Source of the DNA: an uncultured Gammaproteobacteria bacterium
Lineage (GTDB): Bacteria; Pseudomonadota; Gammaproteobacteria; GCA-002705445; GCA-002716945
DNA: 25,856 bases
Reading direction: 5' to 3'
Assembly (NCBI GenBank): GCA_913043035.1
Contig: CAJWMM010000001.1
Span: 1 to 25,856, forward strand
Shown: positions 16,897 through 24,869 of the stretch, piece after piece
How the letters are laid out: every line of letters starts with the position of its first letter
Position numbering within the stretch: position 1 is the first letter of the stretch
Program-made: the position numbers and the translations under genes
Notes under the pieces: generated by a model
What the model saw: the letters and a program-made list of their open reading frames with translations, nothing else
Database searches by the model: none
Told to the model about the DNA's origin: nothing

Positions 16897-17713
16897 GAAG
16901 TTAAAAGATAAAATTAACAATCATGTAAAATTATCTTTATTAGAAGATCAAATAAAAAGAGACTGCACTACAAAAAATATAAAAAATCAAGATATTAAAG
17001 CTTCATTATTTTATAAAGAAGAATCTGTACTATTCGGCAAGGTGTGGTTTGAACAATCCTACAGGCTTTTTGATAAAAAGATTAAATTCAAATGGAATTA
17101 TGACGACGGAGACCTTATTAGAAAAAATAGAAAAGTATGCGAGGTAACTGGTAACGCAAAATCTATTCTATCATGCGAGAGAGTTTCCTTAAATTTTCTA
17201 CAAACACTCTCGGCAATTTCAAATAGCGCTTATCTTTATAATAAGAAAGTATCGAAAAAGAGAATACAAATATTATATACTCGTAAAACAATTCCTGGAT
17301 GGAGATATGCAATTGATTTAGCGTGTCAAAGACATAATTGTCTGCCACATAGACGAGATCTTGAAGATCAGATATTAGTTAAGGAAAATCATTTAAACTG
17401 TATAAATGATTTTTCAGAATACATTAGACAATGCAAAAAACTCAAAAAAAGCATTATTGTTGAAGCAAAAAGTATCAATGAGGCTAAAAAATTTTCAAAA
17501 ATAAAAGGAATAAAAAGAGTATTACTTGATAATTTCAAACCAAGTGACATCAAAAGATTTTTGTCAGGTATTAATAATATGGAAGTAGAAATTTCTGGAA
17601 ATATAAATTTAAATAATATCAACAAATATCTGATAAATGGTGTTGATTATATTTCTATAGGTTCTATTACTAAAAACATCAAAGCCACAGATATGACATT
17701 ACTAATCAAGTAA
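16889..17713 (+). CDS. nadC: Quinolinate phosphoribosyltransferase (nicotinate-nucleotide pyrophosphorylase), strongly diverged
   Basis: LLED...DCTT, ERVSLNFLQTLSAI, TRKTIPGWR, HR, ILVKENH, LLDN, EISGNI, GVDYISIGSIT. The start overlaps the agcS end by 8 bp. Confidence 0.85.
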   Translation: MNKKLKDKINNHVKLSLLEDQIKRDCTTKNIKNQDIKASLFYKEESVLFGKVWFEQSYRLFDKKIKFKWNYDDGDLIRKNRKVCEVTGNAKSILSCERVSLNFLQTLSAISNSAYLYNKKVSKKRIQILYTRKTIPGWRYAIDLACQRHNCLPHRRDLEDQILVKENHLNCINDFSEYIRQCKKLKKSIIVEAKSINEAKKFSKIKGIKRVLLDNFKPSDIKRFLSGINNMEVEISGNINLNNINKYLINGVDYISIGSITKNIKATDMTLLIK

Positions 17714-17749
17714 TATGGTGTAAATGTGTATATGCAGTTATAATATGGT

Positions 17750-18268
17750 ATGGCTGACATATCCAAAATCAACCTAAAGAGGAATTACCTTACAAAAGTA
17801 TTCATAATAATTGTGATTTTGTGGCTAGTTCTGTCAAGTATGTTTTTGCCTTTAATGATATCACTTGGAATTCTTTCCGCGCTAGTGACTACTTATATCT
17901 TATTTATCATGAACGTATTTAATTCAAAGGACGCTGCAGTGAGCATTAACTTAATGAAGATGACAGCTTACATTTTCTGGTTATTCAAAGAAATTATAAT
18001 ATCAAATTTCAAAGTTTGCTGGCTTATTCTCAAGCCTCAATATAAAATAACACCAATAATAGGCGAGACAAAGTCTGAATTATCCACAGATTTCACAACC
18101 ACAATATACGCTAACTCTATTACACTAACTCCTGGGACAATTACAATAGACATAAATGATAACGTGCTTACAGTTCATTCTTTGGATGAAAAATTTAAAA
18201 CATCTTTAGATTCAAGAGTTATGTATGAAAAAGTAAAATCTACTGAGATATCAAAGGAGCTCAAATAG
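17750..18268 (+). CDS. mrpE: Mrp/Mnh cation:proton antiporter subunit E
   Basis: YIFWLFKEIIISNFKVCWLIL and IYANSITLTPGTITIDI...LTVHSL. Confidence 0.9.
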   Translation: MADISKINLKRNYLTKVFIIIVILWLVLSSMFLPLMISLGILSALVTTYILFIMNVFNSKDAAVSINLMKMTAYIFWLFKEIIISNFKVCWLILKPQYKITPIIGETKSELSTDFTTTIYANSITLTPGTITIDINDNVLTVHSLDEKFKTSLDSRVMYEKVKSTEISKELK

Positions 18269-18531
18269 TGATAATTGATCCAATGTATCCAATTATATCT
18301 CTTGGTATTCTGATCTTTTTGTCTATGATCAGGTTCCTTAGCTGTCATGATATATTTACAAAAATTTTGACAGTAAATGTTGTTAGCACTAAAATTATTC
18401 TTATAATTTCGATGATAAGTATACTTGTTATACAAAGAGATTATCTTGATATCGTACTAGTATACGGACTCATTAATTTTATAACTATGATTGTTGTAGC
18501 AAAATATTTCCTAGAGAAAAAGCAATCATGA
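18268..18531 (+). CDS. mrpF: Mrp/Mnh subunit F
   Basis: 87 aa, three TM helices, YLDIVLVYGLINFI. AAGGAG SD 8 nt before a GTG that overlaps the mrpE TAG. Confidence 0.85.
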   Translation: MIIDPMYPIISLGILIFLSMIRFLSCHDIFTKILTVNVVSTKIILIISMISILVIQRDYLDIVLVYGLINFITMIVVAKYFLEKKQS

Positions 18532-18821
18532 GTATTTTTTCCTTTTTTATAGTAGCTTTTGGTGTTCTCATAATTTTTATTGGAACTTTAGGTCTTTTTA
18601 AATTTCAAGATTTTCTTACAAGAACTCATGCTGCATCTGTCATTGATACTCTAGGAACAACTCTTATTATACTTGGATTGGTTATTGTAGAAGGTTTTAC
18701 AATTACTTCATTCAAATTAATCTTGTTGCTAGTGCTATTATTAGTGTCTAATAGTACGATCTCGCATATACTTGCCCAAACATTCTTTAAGATAAGTAAC
18801 AAAAAAGGAGAAGTATCATAG
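18528..18821 (+). CDS. mrpG: Mrp/Mnh subunit G
   Basis: GTLGLFKFQDFLTRTHAASVIDTLG, SHILA. ATGA overlap with mrpF. Confidence 0.88.
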   Translation: MSIFSFFIVAFGVLIIFIGTLGLFKFQDFLTRTHAASVIDTLGTTLIILGLVIVEGFTITSFKLILLLVLLLVSNSTISHILAQTFFKISNKKGEVS

Positions 18822-19348
18822 ATAATATCCTAATAGAAATCTTTCTTGTTATTCTTATTGTGCTATCAGTATTTATAATATTTACAAGAAGCCTATTATC
18901 CTCAATTTTTGCAGTATCCTTTTACAGTATGGTTTGTGCTACGATATTTTTCATATCTGATGCAGTTGATGTTGCTCTTACAGAAGCTGCGGTAGGCGCA
19001 GGTATTTCAACTTTATTATTCATCAAAGTCCTTTATAATGTTGATGACACCCTTCCTAAGAATACAGCTCGTGATCTCTCTAGTTTTATTCTGTTTTTTT
19101 TACTCTCTATAATTTTAATATCATTCTCACTCAATTTCCCAGAATTCGGATTATCATCAACTACTAGTGATGCACCAAGCACTCAGTATTATCTTAACGA
19201 GTCACAAGTTGACATAGGGATACCAAATGTCGTGACATCTATACTTGCTGGTTATAGAGCATTTGATACTCTTGGTGAGGTTTTAGTTATCTTCATAGCT
19301 GGTATTTCAGTATTGGGTATACTTAGAGAGGAGAAAAATAATGGGTGA
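18818..19348 (+). CDS. Mrp subunit: DUF4040 domain fused to an MnhB-related segment (equivalent to part of the MrpA C-terminus; MbhD/E-like). Start is either non-canonical ATA 18818 or GTG 18860
   Basis: DAVDVALTEAAVGAGISTLLF and IPNVVTSILAGYRAFDTLGEVLVIF. The frame is open back to a TAA at 18797-18799. AAGGAG SD at 18805-18810 is 7 nt before ATA 18818. Confidence 0.85.
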   Translation: MDNILIEIFLVILIVLSVFIIFTRSLLSSIFAVSFYSMVCATIFFISDAVDVALTEAAVGAGISTLLFIKVLYNVDDTLPKNTARDLSSFILFFLLSIILISFSLNFPEFGLSSTTSDAPSTQYYLNESQVDIGIPNVVTSILAGYRAFDTLGEVLVIFIAGISVLGILREEKNNG

Positions 19349-19763
19349 TAATGTTGTAATTAAAATCATTAGCACACTAATGATCCCCCTTATTCTTATC
19401 TTCGGCTTATATGTTCAGTTTCATGGTGAATATTCTGCTGGTGGTGGTTTTCAAGCTGGAGTAATACTAGCAGCAAGTTTTATTTTATATGATCTTGTAT
19501 TTAGCAATGAGAATTTTGGATTCAAATTGAACACTGAAATAATTCTAAACTTCATAGCTACTGGGGTCGCGCTATACGTATTAGTAGGTATTTTTGGACT
19601 CCTTTATGGCGGTAATTTTCTAGACTATAGCTATCTCTCGTTATCAAATGATACAAGTTCAGGACAAAAAATTGGAATATTTCTAGTTGAAATAGGTGTG
19701 GGATTAACAGTCAGCGGTGTAATGGTTCTCATATACAAAATGTTTAACAATAGTAAAGCTTAG
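19341..19763 (+). CDS. mrpB: Mrp/Mnh subunit B
   Basis: GLYVQFHGEYSAGGGFQAGVI and LVEIGVGLTVSG. AGGAG SD; 8-bp overlap with the upstream gene. Confidence 0.9.
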   Translation: MGDNVVIKIISTLMIPLILIFGLYVQFHGEYSAGGGFQAGVILAASFILYDLVFSNENFGFKLNTEIILNFIATGVALYVLVGIFGLLYGGNFLDYSYLSLSNDTSSGQKIGIFLVEIGVGLTVSGVMVLIYKMFNNSKA

Positions 19764-19765
19764 TA

Positions 19766-20095
19766 ATGATTTATGCTCTTAATATGATTCTTTTTACTCT
19801 TGGATTAGTTATAATGATCCGCGAGTCAAATCTAGTCAAAAAAGTTATTGGTTTGAATATTTTTCAAAGCTCTATATTTATTTTTTTTATTTTATTGAGT
19901 AAATTAAATGATAGTCTCCCACCGATATTAGAAGACTATAACTATGATTATTCTAATCCTCTTCCTCATGTCCTAATATTGACAGCTATAGTTGTAAGTA
20001 TTTCAACAACCAGTCTTGCACTAGCATTAATATTAAACATCAAAAAACAATTTAATACAATCGATGAAGATGAAATAAGTAAGGACGATCAATGA
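19766..20095 (+). CDS. mrpC: Mrp/Mnh subunit C
   Basis: NLVKKVIGLNIFQSS and YSNPLPHVLILTAIVV. Confidence 0.92.
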   Translation: MIYALNMILFTLGLVIMIRESNLVKKVIGLNIFQSSIFIFFILLSKLNDSLPPILEDYNYDYSNPLPHVLILTAIVVSISTTSLALALILNIKKQFNTIDEDEISKDDQ

Positions 20096-21561
20096 GCCAA
20101 ATACCAGTTTTAATTCTAATTTTGCCATTATTATTTGTACCAATAATAATTCTAATGAGGATGTTTAAGGTATCTTACCTAATTATAGTTGTAAGTTCAG
20201 TATTGAATTTTCTCCTAATAACAATACTGACTATAAATGTCTTCACCAATGGAGCTGTGTTTTACGAATTGGGCGGCTGGCCACCGCCAATAGGGATTAG
20301 ATTAAATGCAGATATGTTGTCCTGTTTATTTCTAATGTTAATTGGATTTATGAATTTAGTATGTATTATTTCTTGTAAAGAGATTGTTGAAAAAACTGTC
20401 TCCTCAAGTAAGGTTTATTTATTCTATATAGCATGGTTATTATGTAATACCGGTTTCACTGGGATCATCTTAACAGATGACATATTTAATATGTTTGTGT
20501 TTCTCGAGATATCTTCATTATCTAGTTATTATTTAATTTCACAAGGCAATCAGAAAAAATCTACATTTGCAGCTTTGCAATATTTATTTATTGGAAGTAT
20601 AGGTGCAATTTTTGTCCTTTTTGCAATAGGGCTTCTGTATATGATTACTGGTACACTCAATATGCAAGATCTAACTAAACAGCTTGCTGTTGTTGAAGAA
20701 AAGCAAATAATACTTTTTGCGATTGTATTTTTACTTGCAGGAGTTGGGATCAAATCTGCATTGTTCCCACTCCATGGTTGGCTTATTAAAACTTATGCCT
20801 ATTCGCCATCAATAGTTACAACGTACTTTTCAGGCACTTCAACTAAGATTGGAATTTATATTTTCTTTCGTGTTTTTCTTGATATTCTTAATAATATTGG
20901 TCCATTAACATTATTTTCACTATCCGATATTCTAATTGCTCTATCTTCAATTGGTGTAGTTTTAATCACCTATTATGCAATTAAGCAGACTGATGTTAAA
21001 AAGATGTTAGCTTACTCGAGTGTAGGGCAACTAAGTTATATCTTTATCGCAATGATACTATATATACCTGATGGCATTACAGCCTCTCTTGTACATGTTA
21101 TTAATCACTCAATAATTAAAACATCTCTTTTTTTAACACTGACGCTTTTATTTATTTCTAAAAAAGAGGTGTTGCTAACAGACCTGGCTGGATTATCAAG
21201 TAAACAACCAATTGTTACAAGTTGCTTTCTCATCATGTCATTAGCTCTTGTAGGATTACCACTTACAGCAGGTTTTATAAGTAAATGGTACTTGATTCTA
21301 TCGCTTATTCAGTCTAAGTATTGGATGTTCACTAGTATTGTAGTATTAACATCATTCATGACACTATTTTATGTTTGGAAGATGATTGATCAAGTTTATT
21401 TCAAAGAAAATTCTAATGGGGAGATGTTTGAACTAAAAAAACATCAGTTTATCCCGATAGCGTTTTTAACGCTTCTAATTATATACTTGGGTATTGAAAC
21501 AAGTTTAACAGTTGGAGTATCACAGAGTATTGCTTACGATATCATATATGGAGTAATTTAG
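20092..21561 (+). CDS. mrpD: Mrp subunit D (NuoL/M/N-family antiporter-like), copy 1
   Basis: GGWPPPIGI, DIFNMFVFLEISS, GIKSALFPLHGW, TKIGIY, KKMLAYSSVGQ, GLPLTAGFISKWYL. Confidence 0.92.
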   Translation: MSQIPVLILILPLLFVPIIILMRMFKVSYLIIVVSSVLNFLLITILTINVFTNGAVFYELGGWPPPIGIRLNADMLSCLFLMLIGFMNLVCIISCKEIVEKTVSSSKVYLFYIAWLLCNTGFTGIILTDDIFNMFVFLEISSLSSYYLISQGNQKKSTFAALQYLFIGSIGAIFVLFAIGLLYMITGTLNMQDLTKQLAVVEEKQIILFAIVFLLAGVGIKSALFPLHGWLIKTYAYSPSIVTTYFSGTSTKIGIYIFFRVFLDILNNIGPLTLFSLSDILIALSSIGVVLITYYAIKQTDVKKMLAYSSVGQLSYIFIAMILYIPDGITASLVHVINHSIIKTSLFLTLTLLFISKKEVLLTDLAGLSSKQPIVTSCFLIMSLALVGLPLTAGFISKWYLILSLIQSKYWMFTSIVVLTSFMTLFYVWKMIDQVYFKENSNGEMFELKKHQFIPIAFLTLLIIYLGIETSLTVGVSQSIAYDIIYGVI

Positions 21562-21562
21562 A

Positions 21563-23002
21563 ATGACGCTTTACCTAACACATCTTATTTTTCTCACTCT
21601 GTCTCTAGTGATACTCTATATTCTAAGACATAAGTCTAATATTAGTAGATATCATAATTTCATCAGCCTCTTTTCATTTGTTATTTCTTTAAGTATTTTT
21701 CTTAAAAGAGATTTATTATTAGGTACAAAAGTACAACTCATAGAAGTGTTTGATAAAGTCTCAATTACTTTTTATCTAGATGAGATTGGTATTATATTTC
21801 TTCTAGTTTCAAATTTTCTATGGTTTCTGACATCTTTATACGCCTCCAGGTATCTTGTTTTAAATGATTACAATAATCAGAATATTTTCTACATATTTTT
21901 CTTGTTTGCTATGCTTGCAACGAATGGAATCATTTACTCAGAGAATTTATTTACAATTTTTATTTTTTATGAAATCCTCACACTATCAACATACCCTCTT
22001 GTAACTTTAAAGAAAAATGAAGACTCGTTAAAGTCGGGTAAAAAATATTTATTTATACTTCTTGGTACTTCAGTGATTTTTCTTCTTCCTGCAATTATAG
22101 TTACTTATTCTGTTACAGGGTCTATATCGTTTAGTGAGCCTATACCATTTTCTGGAGTAAGCGAAATAATCTTAATTATCACCATGCTACTATTTATCTT
22201 CGGTACAGCTAAAAGTGCTGTAATGCCATTTCATAAATGGCTACCATCAGCCATGGTCGCACCAACTCCTGTAAGCGCCCTGCTACATGCAGTAGCAGTC
22301 GTAAAGTCCGGAGTTTATATACTTACAAAAATTTTCTTACTTATCTATGGAGCTAGTGTTTCTTCTATGACAAGCATGCAAGTTTTCGTAGTTGTAATTT
22401 GTTTTACAATAGTGGCATCTTCAGTTATTGCACTTAGACAAGACAGTATAAAGCTCAGACTTGCCTATTCAACAATAGGTCAATTATCATATATCCTACT
22501 AGGTATAATTATACTAGCACCCCTGTCAATACTTGCTGCTTTATTGCATTTTATTTTTCATGCATTTGGGAAAATAGTGCTATTTTTAAGCGCTGGTATC
22601 TTTGCAACAAATTTCAAAGTAAAGAATGTTTCTGAAATGGATGGGTTAGCTACGATTGCGCCCCTCACATGCTTTTCAATGACTGTAGGTGCTTTAATAA
22701 TGATAGGATTGCCTCCGACAATAGGTTTCATAAGTAAATGGTATCTTCTCTTGGGTTTATCGAGTTCAGAAGAATATTTAGCGATAAGCGTGATAATTAT
22801 AAGCACCTTACTTAATGCAGGATATTATTTACCAATGATATACAAAGTGTACTTTAATGACTGTACTAATGCTAACTCCAAAATAAGAGAAGACATATTT
22901 CTAGTAACTCCTGTTTTTCTTGTTACACTTATTGGGATTATGATGTTCTTTTTATCTACACCGATCGTGTCTTTTGTACAACAGATAGGATACATGCAAT
23001 GA
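21563..23002 (+). CDS. Antiporter-like subunit, copy 2 (MrpA/NuoL-like N-terminal domain or MrpD paralogue)
   Basis: NLFTIFIFYEILTLSTYPLV, AKSAVMPFHKWLPSAMVAPTPVSALLHAVAVVKSG, RLAYSTIGQLSYI, GLPPTIGFISKWYL. Confidence 0.92.
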   Translation: MTLYLTHLIFLTLSLVILYILRHKSNISRYHNFISLFSFVISLSIFLKRDLLLGTKVQLIEVFDKVSITFYLDEIGIIFLLVSNFLWFLTSLYASRYLVLNDYNNQNIFYIFFLFAMLATNGIIYSENLFTIFIFYEILTLSTYPLVTLKKNEDSLKSGKKYLFILLGTSVIFLLPAIIVTYSVTGSISFSEPIPFSGVSEIILIITMLLFIFGTAKSAVMPFHKWLPSAMVAPTPVSALLHAVAVVKSGVYILTKIFLLIYGASVSSMTSMQVFVVVICFTIVASSVIALRQDSIKLRLAYSTIGQLSYILLGIIILAPLSILAALLHFIFHAFGKIVLFLSAGIFATNFKVKNVSEMDGLATIAPLTCFSMTVGALIMIGLPPTIGFISKWYLLLGLSSSEEYLAISVIIISTLLNAGYYLPMIYKVYFNDCTNANSKIREDIFLVTPVFLVTLIGIMMFFLSTPIVSFVQQIGYMQ

Positions 23003-23214
23003 AAACAAGAAAAAATATCATATACTCATTATTCATTATAATTAGTTTTACGCCGTACTTATATCTTTTCTACGATTTTAAAAAAGTGAAGTTTTCTGTG
23101 GATAATTTGGTAGGTTTTTATCCTATTTATGGGTTTTTTGCATGTGTTGGATTAATAATATTTGCTAAATTACTTGGTTTACTTCTTAAGAAAGACGAGG
23201 ATTTTTATGATTGA
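22999..23214 (+). CDS. Small two-TM membrane protein embedded in the mrp operon (71 aa)
   Basis: ATGA overlap with the upstream gene and 8-bp overlap with the downstream gene. Sequence ...GFYPIYGFFACVGLIIFAKLLGLLLKKDEDFYD. Confidence 0.8.
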   Translation: MKTRKNIIYSLFIIISFTPYLYLFYDFKKVKFSVDNLVGFYPIYGFFACVGLIIFAKLLGLLLKKDEDFYD

Positions 23215-24868
23215 CTTTTTATCGTATCCAGTCAGCTATTTAGTACTTGGTGCTGTAGCAATATTTCTGAAACCAAAGTTTGCTAATACAATTGGAATGC
23301 TATCTATAATCTCGTCAATGCTATGCCTATTAATAGTTTCTGACAGTCAAATATTAAATTATAAAATAATGTCATTTAATAATGTATTTTATCAAATCAG
23401 TGATTTGTCATTTTTATTTTGTATTGTGTTTTTAATAATTGGATTATTTGGAAAAATCTTCTCGTTTTACAGGGAAAATAGTAATGAAAAAGGGTATGTA
23501 CTTCTCTATATTGCTTCTGCTCTAGGTGTTGTGCTTTCTGGAGACTTTCTAACACTCTATGTTTTTTGGGAGATAATGGCCATAACATCGACATTTGTTA
23601 TTTGGTCAACTAGAAATCAACTTTCTTTAAATAGTGGTAATAGATATATAATTCTCCATCTTATAGGTGGATTAATTCTCCTAATTGGACTTATCGGTCT
23701 GTATGGTCAAACTTATGATCTAACGATTCGTGAGATTTCTCTCAATACTTGGTACAGCTGGTTCATATTAATCGGTTTGTTACTCAATGCAGGCGCTCCT
23801 CCATTCTCACAATGGATACCAGATGCCTATCCAGAGGGAAGTTATTCATCATCAGTTTTCTTATCTGCGTATACTACTAAAACGTCTGTATACGTTCTTA
23901 TTGTGACATTCGCTGGTAATACTATTCTAATTTACATTGGCATTTATATGATACTTTATGGCATCGTTTATGCTCTATTAGAAAATGACATCAGGAGGAT
24001 TTTGTCCTATAGTATTGTGAATCAAGTAGGGTTTATGATTGTGGGCATTGGAATTGGAACAGAGCTTGCAATAAATGGTACATCTGCACATGCATTCTCG
24101 CATATTATCTACAAGGGTCTTCTATTGATGTCAGCAGGTAGTGTTCTTTATGTGACTGGCAAAAGAAAATGTACTGATGTTGGTGGCTTATATAAAACTA
24201 TGCCAATTACTGCTGCTTGTGGGATAATTGGAGCTTTTGCGATTTCGGCTTTCCCCTTTACATCAGGATTTATCTCAAAATCAATGATTGTAGAGTCAAG
24301 CTATATAGAAGGATTAGAGATTATTTGGTATTTTCTCTTGATTGGCTCTGCAGGCGTTTTCTTACATGCAGGGATTAAGTTTCCTTGGTTCGTATTTTTC
24401 CACAGAGATAAAAAACTAAAGGCTACTGACCCACCAATTTTTATGATAATACCTATGGTTTCATTATCGTTTATATGCATCATAGTTGGGATATTTCCAA
24501 ATCTGCTTTATGCGCTACTACCATACAGTGTTGATTATGTCCCATACACAGGAAATCATATAGTATCGCAGCTACACCTATTATTATTCTCTGGATTAGC
24601 TTTCTTTATGGCATTAAAGTATTTAGAGAGGACTCTTACCATAACGTTAGATATAGATTACCTTTATCGTAGAAACTATGCTTTGTTAAGATTGATGCTA
24701 TCAAGGATAGTTAGTTATTTTCTATCTCTTCGAGAAATTTTTAGATATACAAAAATAGATAAGAAATTATATCTTATAGAGCATACACTACTCAACCAGT
24801 CATCAATATCGATTATGTTGTCTATAATTACTGTTGTGATTATATTAGTTTTCTTATTAAATGTATAA
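23207..24868 (+). CDS. Antiporter-like subunit, copy 3 (MrpD-like)
   Basis: GDFLTLYVFWEIMAITS, WIPDAYPE, FLSAYTTKTSVY, RRILSYSIVNQVGFM, AFPFTSGFISKS, HAGIKFPWFVFF. Start reassigned to ATG 23207 (GAGG SD at 23197-23200) rather than the track's 23162. Confidence 0.92.
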   Translation: MIDFLSYPVSYLVLGAVAIFLKPKFANTIGMLSIISSMLCLLIVSDSQILNYKIMSFNNVFYQISDLSFLFCIVFLIIGLFGKIFSFYRENSNEKGYVLLYIASALGVVLSGDFLTLYVFWEIMAITSTFVIWSTRNQLSLNSGNRYIILHLIGGLILLIGLIGLYGQTYDLTIREISLNTWYSWFILIGLLLNAGAPPFSQWIPDAYPEGSYSSSVFLSAYTTKTSVYVLIVTFAGNTILIYIGIYMILYGIVYALLENDIRRILSYSIVNQVGFMIVGIGIGTELAINGTSAHAFSHIIYKGLLLMSAGSVLYVTGKRKCTDVGGLYKTMPITAACGIIGAFAISAFPFTSGFISKSMIVESSYIEGLEIIWYFLLIGSAGVFLHAGIKFPWFVFFHRDKKLKATDPPIFMIIPMVSLSFICIIVGIFPNLLYALLPYSVDYVPYTGNHIVSQLHLLLFSGLAFFMALKYLERTLTITLDIDYLYRRNYALLRLMLSRIVSYFLSLREIFRYTKIDKKLYLIEHTLLNQSSISIMLSIITVVIILVFLLNV

Positions 24869-24869
24869 T

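Noticed and set aside
16889-17713. nadC as a pseudogene or as ModD
   Set aside because: The frame is intact and full length, and the RKT, HR, KENH and LDN motifs fit NadC better than ModD.
15693-22806. Minus-strand ORFs 15693-15884, 16260-16655, 17163-17348, 17389-17625, 18175-18435, 20550-20753, 22558-22806
   Set aside because: Antisense shadows of agcS, nadC and mrp genes.
23162-23206. Track start of the third antiporter-like gene at 23162
   Set aside because: It would overlap the 71-aa gene by 53 nt; ATG 23207 has a GAGG SD and the operon's usual short overlap.
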